Source: Anaerolineae bacterium (GTDB lineage: Bacteria; Chloroflexota; Anaerolineae; Anaerolineales; Anaerolineaceae). Taken from it: a DNA stretch of 38,707 nt. This document shows, one piece after another, positions 7,271 to 16,122 of this stretch. Position numbers and translations under genes: made by a program. The stretch lies in the NCBI GenBank assembly GCA_021287005.1, contig JAJTBH010000001.1, positions 1 through 38,707 of the forward strand, in the 5' to 3' direction. The stretch's first letter is position 1; each line of letters begins with the position of its first letter. Under the pieces are notes generated by a model, which saw only the letters and a list, made by a program, of their open reading frames with translations, searched no databases and was not told the DNA's origin.

Positions 7271-7998
7271 GCCATCTCCTGTCCAACCTGAATCCGCTTA
7301 AAACAATGATCGCAAAACGGTTTATCTTGGGCCAGTGTGCCGCTGCGTGAATATTCAAAGCCCACCTGGCGGGCCAGGCGCGGAAAAAACACTTCATCCC
7401 CATAACAAGTCGAATAATAACAGTGGGCGGCATTCCCCAGGCTTTTGGATACTTCCGCCCAGGCGCAATAGGTCACATTTATCTGAAAAGCGTCCGGGCT
7501 ATCCACCACTACTTCTGAAAATTCCAGTCCGCGGTTTTGCATGGCCGTCATTAAAGCCCTGTAATACTGCTTAAAAGCCGGCAAAAAATCTCCCTGCCCG
7601 CATTCCACAAAAACCTGTGGGGGTGCAAACACCTCCTCAAGCACCCTATATGAAATTGAATCCGACATGGCATTCCGCAGGCGAGCCGCTTTTTCCAGCC
7701 CCAACGCGTCGGCCAGCTCTTTTGCCAGCACCATTTTGGGCAAAATCTGCTGCAAATCTGGCGCTGACAGGCCGCGAATATATAAATGCGACCAATCCAT
7801 GCCCTGCGCTTTTTGCAGGCTTGATCGATAGGTTTTTATAAACCGTACGCTTCCGGCCGGGCCCAGTGCGGTAATAATGCCGCCCAGAAATCGTAATGCG
7901 GGTGGCAGCAGCGCCAATTTTTTGCGCAGCGGCGTATGCCCCGTGTGCGCAATGCTTAATAAATCTTTTCCATAATGGGGCAGTTCTTCAACCTTCAT
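7255..7998 (-). CDS. L-2-amino-thiazoline-4-carboxylic acid hydrolase-like protein (ATC_hydrolase family)
   Basis: The C-terminal pattern C.WAE...G....C...C.GD..FF......G......TLA....CD.CF matches my recollection of PF14196. Its 3' end overlaps the convergent GGDEF gene by 16 nt. Confidence 0.5.
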   Translation of the reverse strand: MKVEELPHYGKDLLSIAHTGHTPLRKKLALLPPALRFLGGIITALGPAGSVRFIKTYRSSLQKAQGMDWSHLYIRGLSAPDLQQILPKMVLAKELADALGLEKAARLRNAMSDSISYRVLEEVFAPPQVFVECGQGDFLPAFKQYYRALMTAMQNRGLEFSEVVVDSPDAFQINVTYCAWAEVSKSLGNAAHCYYSTCYGDEVFFPRLARQVGFEYSRSGTLAQDKPFCDHCFKRIQVGQEMAQSRP

Positions 7999-8061
7999 GG
8001 GATGCTCTTCCTCTGGTTTGCCGTTGTATTAAGATATTAAAACCAACGCCCTTTTGTTTTA

Positions 8062-8817
8062 TTAAACCAGTTCCACCCGTATGCCGGCTTGTTGATAGGC
8101 AAGCAGCACGTCTTCAGGCGCGCTTTTTTCGGTGATTAAATCGGTTAAAGCCGAGATGGGCGCCACGATAAAAGGTGAGGCCGTACCCAGCTTTTCATAT
8201 GACGACAAAGCCACCACTCGGTTTGAGCCGTTTAACATGGCTTGTTTAACATATGATTCTTCCATATCCACCGTACTGATACCCACTTCGGGATGCAGGC
8301 TGCAAATACCCAGAAAACAAATATCGGCATGGATGGCACGGAAAGTCTCCACCGTGGCGGCGCCGGTGGTAACCCGCGATTCTTTATACAATTTTCCACC
8401 CACCAATACCACATCCACCCGGGCATGGTCTGCCAGTGTATCGGCAATCACCGGGCTGTTGGTAATGATGGTGGCGCGTAAATCGGGCGGCAAGATTTCG
8501 GCCACGTGCAGGGTGGTGGTGCTGCCATCCAGAATGATGACCTCGTCCGTATGAATCATTTGTAATGCAGCCCGGGCAATGGCAGCTTTGGACTCCGGCC
8601 ATTGTTTTAAACGCTCCGTAAAGTTATTACCCGCCGGAGAGCGCGGTAAACCGCCGCCATGCACCCGCACCATTTTGCCAGCTTGATCCAATTCATGCAA
8701 ATCACGCCGGATGGTGTCTTCGGACACGCCAAAATGCAGACTTAATTCAGTTGCCAGCACTTTACCGTTTTTACGCAGTATTTCAAGAATTAAATGTTGT
8801 CGCTCTTCTTTTAACAT
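8062..8817 (-). CDS. DeoR-family transcriptional regulator
   Basis: Has an N-terminal DeoR HTH (ERQHLILEILRKNGKVLATELSLHFGVSEDTIRRDLHEL) and a DeoR C-terminal sensor domain. Confidence 0.85.
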   Translation of the reverse strand: MLKEERQHLILEILRKNGKVLATELSLHFGVSEDTIRRDLHELDQAGKMVRVHGGGLPRSPAGNNFTERLKQWPESKAAIARAALQMIHTDEVIILDGSTTTLHVAEILPPDLRATIITNSPVIADTLADHARVDVVLVGGKLYKESRVTTGAATVETFRAIHADICFLGICSLHPEVGISTVDMEESYVKQAMLNGSNRVVALSSYEKLGTASPFIVAPISALTDLITEKSAPEDVLLAYQQAGIRVELV

Positions 8818-8856
8818 TTTTTGCCTGTTTTTGCGTTTTTATGCACGTATTGGGTA

Positions 8857-8885
8857 TTGACAACCCGCACAAACGCTGATATATT
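8857..8885 (+). promoter_or_regulatory. Sigma70-type promoter for MFS paralog 1
   Basis: TTGACA (8857-8862), a 17-nt spacer, then TATATT (8880-8885). Confidence 0.5.
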
Positions 8886-8892
8886 CGTATAT

Positions 8893-8908
8893 ATGCATTA
8901 TAATGCAT
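8893..8908. promoter_or_regulatory. Perfect 16-bp palindrome ATGCATTATAATGCAT (candidate DeoR-regulator operator)
   Basis: It lies just downstream of the -10 hexamer in the DeoR/MFS divergent intergenic region. A 10-nt direct repeat TGTTTTTGCG flanks it at 8826-8835 and 8908-8917. Confidence 0.4.
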
Positions 8909-8952
8909 GTTTTTGCGGTTGTCCACTGCTTTTTGCACAAGGAGAAAATTAC

Positions 8953-10149
8953 ATGTCCATCAGTGATGATAAAAAAATTATGATTATTACCAGCATTGCG
9001 TTTTTCTGCCTGGGGATCAGCCTGGCCGTCATCGGTCCGGTGCTGCCGCAGTTAAGCCGGCAAAGCGGCGCCGGTCTGGTGGAAATTGGCGCGGTATTCA
9101 CCATGTTATTTCTGGGGGCCTTAATTGCCCAGGTTGCAGCCGGCCCCATCAGTGATCGTTTTGGTCAGCGCACGGTGCTCTTCTGGGGTTCGTTAATCCT
9201 GGGAGCAGGTATGCTGGTCTTCAGTCTTTCGCCCAGTTTGTGGATGATTTTATTATTTGCTTTTTTGGGCGGGTTGGGGCACGGGGCGGTGGATTTAAGC
9301 TCCAACGTATTAATTGCGCAAGTTTTTGAGCGGCGAAGCGTGGCGGCATTGAACCTGCTCAACTTCTTTTACGGTCTGGGTGCCTTTGCCGGGCCGGCCC
9401 TGGTCGGCCTGGCAATTGGCGCCTGGAATAACGGGCTGTATATCCCGGCCATCAACGGTTTATTGTTTATTGCCCTGGCTCCGTTTATTCTGAAATTAAA
9501 AATCCCTCAAAATACCGTCGTCGCCCTTGAAAAACGGCCCAATGATACCTTCAGCGTTTATCGCCAGCCCTTATTGTGGATGCTGGGGCTGCTGCTGCTG
9601 GTGTATGTGGGTGTTGAAAACGGGCTGGGCGGTTGGATCAGCACCTACATGAGCACAACCACCCGCCTGAGCATGGATTCGGCCGCCCTGGTTTCATCCG
9701 CCTTCTGGATGGCATTAACCCTGGGCCGTTTATTAAATGCCTACCTGGGCATGCGCCTGTCACCCGAACGGATTTTATTCACCTGCATTGGCACAAGCCT
9801 GGCCGGCGGGCTGTTATTTGCCTTCAGTACCGGGGTCCAAACCCTCAGCATCATCTCCATTTTATTAACCGGTCTGGGTTTCGGGGCAGTTTATCCCACC
9901 GTTATTGCCATCGTCAACAAAGCCTTTCGCCAGAATGCCGGCAAAGCGGCCAGTCTGGCAGCCGCAATGGGCAGCATCGGTGGAATGATTTTGCCCTGGG
10001 CTCAGGGGTTTATTCTCGACCGCTATGGCGCTTCTGCCAGCGCCTGGTTTGTGTGTTTGGGCATCGCAGGTTTACTGGTTTTATTTATTGTCATTCACCA
10101 GCTTAACCAACCGGCGCGCCAAAGTGTACCGGCCTGCGAGACAAATTAG
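8953..10149 (+). CDS. MFS transporter (paralog 1)
   Basis: Shows a 12-TM hydrophobic profile and the GPISDRFGQR loop motif. I take the ATG at 8953, which has a GGAGA RBS. The ORF-track extension back to 8821 runs through the promoter. Confidence 0.8.
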   Translation: MSISDDKKIMIITSIAFFCLGISLAVIGPVLPQLSRQSGAGLVEIGAVFTMLFLGALIAQVAAGPISDRFGQRTVLFWGSLILGAGMLVFSLSPSLWMILLFAFLGGLGHGAVDLSSNVLIAQVFERRSVAALNLLNFFYGLGAFAGPALVGLAIGAWNNGLYIPAINGLLFIALAPFILKLKIPQNTVVALEKRPNDTFSVYRQPLLWMLGLLLLVYVGVENGLGGWISTYMSTTTRLSMDSAALVSSAFWMALTLGRLLNAYLGMRLSPERILFTCIGTSLAGGLLFAFSTGVQTLSIISILLTGLGFGAVYPTVIAIVNKAFRQNAGKAASLAAAMGSIGGMILPWAQGFILDRYGASASAWFVCLGIAGLLVLFIVIHQLNQPARQSVPACETN

Positions 10150-10155
10150 TGTATC

Positions 10156-10184
10156 TTGACGGAGTATGACAGGGCTGATATATT
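10156..10184 (+). promoter_or_regulatory. Sigma70-type promoter for MFS paralog 2
   Basis: TTGACG (10156-10161), a 17-nt spacer, then TATATT (10179-10184). It shares the 12-mer GCTGATATATTC with the paralog-1 promoter (8875-8886 versus 10174-10185). Confidence 0.45.
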
Positions 10185-10255
10185 CACCCACAGAACATTA
10201 ATCCGGGTTATTTGTCGAATTTTATAAAAGAAATCCTCTGGTAAACAAACATTAT

Positions 10256-10302
10256 TTTTTGGTTCAAAATCGAAAACAAACTTTTTGATTTTGAACCAAA
10301 AA
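10256..10302 (+). other. 16-bp perfect-stem hairpin in the leader of MFS paralog 2
   Basis: TTTTTGGTTCAAAATC (10256-10271) pairs with GATTTTGAACCAAAAA (10287-10302) around a 15-nt loop. The hairpin sits downstream of the predicted promoter. Confidence 0.5.
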
Positions 10303-10379
10303 CCTTTAAACATTTTCAGTGGGGGTTTAAAAGTCCGACAGATCGGCACTTATCGTACAAACATTTTTCAGGAGTTCGA

Positions 10380-11567
10380 ATGTCTCAAACAGATTCAAAA
10401 TATATACTCATCGTTGCCTGCGCCATTTTTCTTTGCCTGGGCATCAGCACGGCAGCCATCGGCCCACTGCTTCCCGAATTGGCGGCCAATGCCGGGGTCA
10501 GCCTGGCCGCGATGGGTGCCGTTTTCACCGCCATATTTTTAGGCTCCACCATCACCCAGTTAATCGCCGGTCCCATTTATGACCGTTACGGCCAACGGCC
10601 CGTTCTGCTGGCCGGATTAATTATGATCACCATTGGCCTGGGCGGTCTGGCTTTTAGCCGCTCGCAAATGCTGGTTCTTTCACTGGCTTTACTGGCCGGG
10701 CTGGGTCTGGGCGCCGTGGTATTGGGCAATAACCTCATGATCGCCCGTGTTTTTGCCGAACGCAGCGTTTCCGCGCTGAATCTGCTTAATTTCTTTTTTG
10801 GCCTGGGCGCTATCATCGGGCCGGCGGCCGTCGGGTTTTCGCTCTCGTTTTTTAATACCGGCCTGCCCGTCATCGGCATTGATGCGCTGGCTTATTTCAT
10901 CACCATCCCCTTTGTACTGCGCATTAAACCGATGCCTTCCGAAGCAGCCAAAAACACCTCGGCCGGCAGCAGCTTCAACCTGGTGATGCGTATGCCTTTT
11001 GTCTGGCTGCTCGGTTTTATGGCCTTTTGTTACGTGGGCATTGAAACCGGCCTGGGTGGCTGGATCAGCACTTACATCAACCAGACCGCCGGATTAACGC
11101 TTGAAATCTCGGCTCTGGTTTCATCCGGATTCTGGTTAACCTTCACCATCGGCCGTCTGGTTAACGCCTGGCTGGGCATGCGCCTGAGCCCGAACCAGAT
11201 TCTGGGCATTTGTCTGGGCGGCGCTTTATCGGGCGGAGTAATTTTTAGCCTCAGCACCGGCCTGTATATTCCCAGTGTCGTCGCCCTTTTGTTAATCGGT
11301 TTCAGCTTTGGGGCCATCTACCCTACGGTAATCGCCATAACATCCACGGCCTTCCAGGCCAATTCGGGCATGGCGGTCAGCGTTGTCTCATCCCTTGGCA
11401 GCGTGGGGGGCATGTTAATCCCGCTCGCTATGGGATATATGATCGAAAGCCAGGGACCCGTTAGCTGTACCTGGGCTACCGTATTATTTGTCGGTTTAAT
11501 ATTGATCCTCTTTCTTATCTCACGCAGCAGTATCCGCAAAATGACACAGGCTCCAGCCGGTGCTTAA
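10380..11567 (+). CDS. MFS transporter (paralog 2, tandem duplicate)
   Basis: Clearly alignable with the upstream MFS gene: GPIYDRYGQRPVLL, SVSALNLLNFFFGLGA, GLGGWISTY, GAIYPTVIAI. An AGGAG RBS is present. Confidence 0.8.
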   Translation: MSQTDSKYILIVACAIFLCLGISTAAIGPLLPELAANAGVSLAAMGAVFTAIFLGSTITQLIAGPIYDRYGQRPVLLAGLIMITIGLGGLAFSRSQMLVLSLALLAGLGLGAVVLGNNLMIARVFAERSVSALNLLNFFFGLGAIIGPAAVGFSLSFFNTGLPVIGIDALAYFITIPFVLRIKPMPSEAAKNTSAGSSFNLVMRMPFVWLLGFMAFCYVGIETGLGGWISTYINQTAGLTLEISALVSSGFWLTFTIGRLVNAWLGMRLSPNQILGICLGGALSGGVIFSLSTGLYIPSVVALLLIGFSFGAIYPTVIAITSTAFQANSGMAVSVVSSLGSVGGMLIPLAMGYMIESQGPVSCTWATVLFVGLILILFLISRSSIRKMTQAPAGA

Positions 11568-11572
11568 CCACA

Positions 11573-11612
11573 AAAAAGAGGTTCGGAAAAAATTTTTTCC
11601 GAACCTCTTTTT
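11573..11612. terminator. Bidirectional terminator: a perfect 40-nt palindrome between the convergent MFS and MCP genes
   Basis: AAAAAGAGGTTCGGAAAAAA / TTTTTTCCGAACCTCTTTTT. A/T runs on both sides give a U-tract on either strand. Confidence 0.7.
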
Positions 11613-11681
11613 ATTTAATCTGAGTTTTGCATAAACAATCTAAACCACCCGCCAGCTATCAATGGAATCAAAAGGGGGATC

Positions 11682-14048
11682 TTATTTTCGATTGATCCAT
11701 TTTTGTTGAATGCGGTCCAGTAAAGAATGCATTTGCGCGGAAAGCTCCCTGACCTGGGGCATTTTTTCAAGCGCCTGTTTCTCCTTGCTGCCGCCCTGTT
11801 GGTAAGTTTTCGCTACCTCGCGGACCAACTGGTGAAAACGAATATGCAGGTCTTCATAAGCCACAAACTCTGCCATATCCTTCAAAACAATCTGTCCGGT
11901 GCTGTAATACCACAAGCCAAAATGACAATCGGTGTGCGATGGAATGGATTCTTCATTAAAATCGATGTGTTTATTACCCGCCATCAGGTCTTCCAGCGAT
12001 TGCAGGCATTCAAGTGTATCTTTTTTACCGCGTTCGATATTTTTAACAATATCCTGTTCGCCGTCCACGTTAAATTGGGACACCAGTGATTGTAAACTTT
12101 TTGCCATCTGCGTCATGGATAAAGCCGCAGCCGAAACTTCTTTGACCTGATCGCTCATTTCGGTGGCGCCGGCGCTGATTTGTTCCACAGCCGCGCTGTT
12201 TTCTTCACTGACCGCCGCAATCGACTCAATCGATTGTGATACTTCCATTGAACCGGCTGCCATTTCTTCGGTTGAAGCGGTGTTTTGTTCAACCACAGCC
12301 GAAACGGAATCCATGGCATCCACCAGTTCGCCTGAAGATTTTTCAATCTCTCCGGCTGCCGCCGCAATTTCATCGACCTGGCTGTTGACCATTTCGACGG
12401 CTTTAAGAATATTGCTCAATGCCTTGTCCGACTGCCCGGCATGTTCCACACCCCGTTCCACTTCGCGCGCGCCCTCATTCATGGCGGTTACCGATTCGGT
12501 CACGGTGGTTTGAATGCCCTGAATCAGCTTTTCAATTTCTTTGGTGGCATGGCTGGAACGTTCGGCCAGCTTGCGCACCTCATCGGCCACCACGGCAAAA
12601 CCTTTACCGTGTTCGCCGGCCCGGGCGGCTTCAATGGCGGCATTTAACGCCAGCAGGTTGGTTTGTGAAGCAATATCGTCAATCGTCTCGACAATCGCGC
12701 CGATCTGATTGGAATGTTCACCCATTTCATGCACTTTTTGCGCTGAAATATTCACCTTTTCTTTAATCGCCTGCATACCCGAAATGGTTTCTTCAACCGT
12801 CTGCGCACCGGCGCGGGCAATTTCGGCTGCCTGTGTGGCGCCGTTGGCGCCCGTACGCGCATTTTCACTGACCTGGCGAATGGCCGAAGTGATGCGTGTG
12901 GTAATGACGGCTGCCCGTGAAACGGCCTGAGATTGTTCTTCAGCGCCGTTGGCCACACCATTAATCGCCCGGCTCATTTGTTCCACCGAGGCTACCGTTT
13001 TGTTTAATGATTCACTTTGCTGGCCGATGCCCAGGGCAACCTGCTGCATGGTGTTGGAAATCTGGTTGGTGGTCTGTTCGGCCTGGCTGGCTGATTCAAC
13101 CAGTTGTTGTGAGGCCGCATTTAATCGACCGGCATCATCGGAAAGGCTGGTGATCAGGTTGCGTAAATTCACCACCATTAAACCGAATGACTGCCCCGTT
13201 TCCCGCAGGTGGTTAATCATTTCATTAAACGCAGAAGCCAGTTCGCCAATTTCATCCTGCGCCTCGATCGCTACGGGTTGGGTGGAAATGTAAAAACTGC
13301 GTGTTAAATCACCTTTGGCAAGGGCGTCAAATTTAACCGATAACGCTTCCAGGTCTGAACGGGCGATTTGTTGTGAGGCTTTGGTCAGTTTATCCAGCGG
13401 GTTAATCACCGTTACCGCCAGGAACCAGCCCAGGCTGATGGCCATTAATACGCCAAAAGCGGTCACCAGAATAAGCACCCAGGTGGTGTTTTCAAACACA
13501 CTCCGGTTACGATTGTTTAAATCGTCGGCATTACTCTGATTTAATCGAATTAAGTTAACCAGGATCTGGTCCATTTCGTCGCGCACAGTTACGGCCTGTG
13601 GGTCGGATAACACTTCCGTGGCGCCCTCGATATCATTGGCCGCGATTTTATCCAGCGCATTCCGAATCACCAGTTGATAAGATTTCCAGAGGGGATCAAA
13701 CTTATCCAGAGTCTCTTTCTCAAGCGGGCTGATATCTACAGCGCGATAATTAACAATGTTTTGATCTACCGTATCAATGGATGCTTGTGCGTCGGCTTCC
13801 ACCGTATCACGCAAAGCAGGGATCAGCGCCGCCTTAATCACGTCTCCGCGCAGTTTATAAACTGCGGCTTCAACCGCTCCCAACTGGCGAATGGGAGGCA
13901 GACTGCGAATATAAATTGTCTCCGATCCTTCTTTGATGATTTGCATATTTATATAACCAACCCCCGCGACGATGGCAATAATGGCAGCCACCCCAAAAAA
14001 ACCGGTAATGAACTTTACTTTGAGTTTAATACGCTTCATTAACCTCAT
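11682..14048 (-). CDS. Methyl-accepting chemotaxis protein with a C-terminal CZB (chemoreceptor zinc-binding) domain
   Basis: Two TM helices flank a helical ligand-binding domain, followed by HAMP. The highly conserved MA hairpin reads [40 protein letters not shown]. The C-terminus carries CHFGLW...HIRFH (C.[F]G.W / HxxxH). A GGAGGA RBS is present. Confidence 0.9.
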   Translation of the reverse strand: MRLMKRIKLKVKFITGFFGVAAIIAIVAGVGYINMQIIKEGSETIYIRSLPPIRQLGAVEAAVYKLRGDVIKAALIPALRDTVEADAQASIDTVDQNIVNYRAVDISPLEKETLDKFDPLWKSYQLVIRNALDKIAANDIEGATEVLSDPQAVTVRDEMDQILVNLIRLNQSNADDLNNRNRSVFENTTWVLILVTAFGVLMAISLGWFLAVTVINPLDKLTKASQQIARSDLEALSVKFDALAKGDLTRSFYISTQPVAIEAQDEIGELASAFNEMINHLRETGQSFGLMVVNLRNLITSLSDDAGRLNAASQQLVESASQAEQTTNQISNTMQQVALGIGQQSESLNKTVASVEQMSRAINGVANGAEEQSQAVSRAAVITTRITSAIRQVSENARTGANGATQAAEIARAGAQTVEETISGMQAIKEKVNISAQKVHEMGEHSNQIGAIVETIDDIASQTNLLALNAAIEAARAGEHGKGFAVVADEVRKLAERSSHATKEIEKLIQGIQTTVTESVTAMNEGAREVERGVEHAGQSDKALSNILKAVEMVNSQVDEIAAAAGEIEKSSGELVDAMDSVSAVVEQNTASTEEMAAGSMEVSQSIESIAAVSEENSAAVEQISAGATEMSDQVKEVSAAALSMTQMAKSLQSLVSQFNVDGEQDIVKNIERGKKDTLECLQSLEDLMAGNKHIDFNEESIPSHTDCHFGLWYYSTGQIVLKDMAEFVAYEDLHIRFHQLVREVAKTYQQGGSKEKQALEKMPQVRELSAQMHSLLDRIQQKWINRK

Positions 14049-14476
14049 AAATCCTCCGCGGGCAAATAAATATACAATTCCAGGAACTGGATGCCCCTGG
14101 AATATTTTAAAATATCTGCCTCAACACTTATATTTAGTTTTAATCTCTGGTGAATTATTTTTCAGATCCATCAAGGATATTTAATGTTGAATATTGTAGA
14201 CAGGTCTGTTTTTAAATAACCGGCTAATTATATCGTTAATCCTTAATCAACTATATAACTTCGAAGAATATTTTATGTTTTTAGGGGAGATAATCAAAAT
14301 TAAAGCCCTGCTTTTTTATCCATAACAACATCAAGCCCCATCTATCAGGATCAGGCCAAAACCTATCATCACCCCTGCTATTAATGAATGGGGTCAAAGA
14401 ATACCCAAAACGTTTTTCGATGGCAGAGGGTGTCGATATTGACTATTATTTATAAAAATATTAATAAAATTCTTAT

Positions 14477-14505
14477 TTGAAATTCTTAACAAGATGTATT
14501 ATACT
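14477..14505 (+). promoter_or_regulatory. Sigma70-type promoter for the LUD-domain gene
   Basis: TTGAAA (14477-14482), a 17-nt spacer, then TATACT (14500-14505). Confidence 0.45.
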
Positions 14506-14570
14506 GACTTCACTATACAATTGATACTATATAATTATAGAATACATACTATTTATAAGAAAGGTTTGTT

Positions 14571-15188
14571 ATGTCGTACAATACATTACCCGATAACAAT
14601 AAAATCCAGAAAACCGTAGAAGCGCTTAAAGCCCGCGGGATAAATGTGGAAGTTGTTGAAAATAAAGAGGCCGCTCTCGAGCGGATTAAAGAACTCATTC
14701 CGGCCGGTGCGCCGGTTATGACCGGCGGATCAACCACCCTGACTCAGATCGGTCTGGATGATCTGTTAATCTCCGGAAAACATCCCTGGAAAAACCTGAA
14801 AAACGATATTCTGGCCGAAAAAGACCCGGTTAAACAGGGCGCTTTACGCAAACAGAGCATCTTATCCGATTATTTCCTGGGCAGCGTACATGCCATCAGT
14901 GAAAACGGTGAAATTCTGGTGGCCAGCGCCACCGGCAGTCAGCTTCCGTCTTATGCGTTCTCCAGCAAAAATGTCATCTGGGTCGCCGGAGCGCAGAAAA
15001 TTGTGGCCAACCTGGATGAAGCCTTTAAACGACTGCATGAACACGTCTTTCCTCTGGAAGATAACCGCATGAAAAACACCGGCGCGCCCGGCAGCATTAT
15101 GGGCAAAACCATGATCATTGAAAATGAGCCGGCATTTTTGCAGCGCAATGTCACCATGCTTCTGGTTAAAGAAGTGCTTGGCTTCTAA
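14571..15188 (+). CDS. LUD-domain (DUF162, YkgG/LutC-like) protein
   Basis: The size and the N-terminal pattern (...ALKARGINVEVVENKEAALERIKELIPAGAPVMTGGSTTL...) resemble LUD-domain proteins as I recall them. Confidence 0.6.
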   Translation: MSYNTLPDNNKIQKTVEALKARGINVEVVENKEAALERIKELIPAGAPVMTGGSTTLTQIGLDDLLISGKHPWKNLKNDILAEKDPVKQGALRKQSILSDYFLGSVHAISENGEILVASATGSQLPSYAFSSKNVIWVAGAQKIVANLDEAFKRLHEHVFPLEDNRMKNTGAPGSIMGKTMIIENEPAFLQRNVTMLLVKEVLGF

Positions 15189-15213
15189 ACATTATCCAAT
15201 CTCCTCTTTTCTC

Positions 15214-15251
15214 AACGACGGTGAAGAACTTTCTTCGCCGTCGTTTTTTTT
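15214..15251 (+). terminator. Intrinsic terminator after the LUD-domain gene
   Basis: The stem pairs AACGACGGTGAAGAA with TCTTCGCCGTCGTT and is followed by a T8 run. Confidence 0.7.
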
Positions 15252-15294
15252 TAGCCGAGACACGGCAATTCTTAGCGCCGATTGTTTTTTCGGT

Positions 15295-15338
15295 TTTTTG
15301 GGAATTAATGGCGTGAACACGCCATTAATTCCCAAAAA
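15295..15338. repeat. Perfect 44-nt palindrome (21-bp arms, 2-nt loop)
   Basis: TTTTTGGGAATTAATGGCGTG-AA-CACGCCATTAATTCCCAAAAA. It lies in an ORF-free hairpin cluster between the LUD gene terminator and the small Cys-rich gene. Confidence 0.85.
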
Positions 15339-15500
15339 TGGTGTTCTCCCTTCCGCATTTTTCGGAAGGTATGGCAAAGCTGTGCCTAAGGCAGGCATCC
15401 CTGCAGGGGCGGGATAAACCTGGTTTTTACCGGGCAGCGCCCTTACTTTAAGTAATAACCCTGGATTTAAACAAACTTTGATTAAGTTAATCATATTTTT

Positions 15501-15530
15501 TTGGTATTTATTACCGCATTGTATTATAAT
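15501..15530 (+). promoter_or_regulatory. Promoter-like element for the small Cys-rich gene
   Basis: TTGGTA (15501-15506), a 17-18 nt spacer, then TTATAAT (15524-15530). Confidence 0.4.
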
Positions 15531-15568
15531 TTAATTAATCATTTATCAGTATTCGGAGGTATGGGTAT

Positions 15569-15790
15569 ATGGCTGAATGTGAATGTCTGTCTGGATGTAT
15601 ATTTTTTAATGATAAAATGGCAGATAAACCGGCTACATCTGAAATGTTAAAACGGCGTTACTGCCTGGGTGATAGTCGTGAATGTGCCCGTTTTATGGTG
15701 CGCGCATCACTCGGAAAAGACAAAGTTCCCGGCAATCTCTACCCCAATCAAAAAGATAAGGCGCTTGAACTGATCAAAGAGGCAAGATAA
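15569..15790 (+). CDS. Small cysteine-rich protein of unknown function (73 aa; CxCx3C...C...C)
   Basis: A GGAGG RBS lies 8 nt upstream, a promoter-like element of its own sits at 15501-15530, and the gene is isolated from its neighbours. Sequence: MAECECLSGCIFFNDKM...RRYCLGDSRECARF. Confidence 0.5.
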   Translation: MAECECLSGCIFFNDKMADKPATSEMLKRRYCLGDSRECARFMVRASLGKDKVPGNLYPNQKDKALELIKEAR

Positions 15791-15900
15791 AAAAATTAAT
15801 GTTACATTTTTGAGTTTTTATAACAAAAAACGCATTGCAACCTGTATCAACAATCACGACAAAATACATCCTAATCAAATTGCTTGCAAGTCATGAATCC

Positions 15901-15929
15901 TTGCATAACTATTTACAGCGTGCTATAAT
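15901..15929 (+). promoter_or_regulatory. Sigma70-type promoter for rho, giving a leader of about 190 nt
   Basis: TTGCAT (15901-15906), a 17-nt spacer ending in TGC (extended -10), then TATAAT (15924-15929). Confidence 0.5.
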
Positions 15930-16122
15930 CAAAAAGCTTAGTTAATGGTTCAGGTTGTTAGTGCTTCCTGCTTTCAGGATAAGGGGTAAAGCGCGAAGCA
16001 AGATATCATTTCCTCACACTTATTCTAAATGCATTCTATTTCACCAAACTGAAGTTCAGTTATTGCTTTATTCGTCATAGATAGGCTATATTAATTTAAT
16101 ATTATAAGAGATTCAGGATTCC

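Noticed and set aside
8821-8952. The ORF track gives the first MFS gene an N-terminal extension, and gives the GGDEF gene an alternative start at 5597.
   Set aside because: The MFS extension runs through the predicted promoter and operator. The ATG at 8953 has an RBS and begins just before TM1. For the GGDEF gene, the TTG at 5675 with AAGGAG is the better start, but I kept the track coordinates and flagged the alternative.
11727-14042. There are many ORFs of 60-120 aa on the plus strand, and in alternative minus-strand frames, inside the MCP gene.
   Set aside because: They are shadow ORFs inside an unambiguous 788-aa chemoreceptor gene. The Ala/Ser/Thr/Glu-rich coiled-coil coding sequence keeps several frames open. 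None has an RBS or a recognisable domain.
15118-15494. Two overlapping ORFs of about 100 aa lie on opposite strands after the LUD gene.
   Set aside because: Both contain the same peptide (GINGV.TPLIPK) because they translate the two arms of the 44-nt palindrome. They are artefacts of the inverted repeats.
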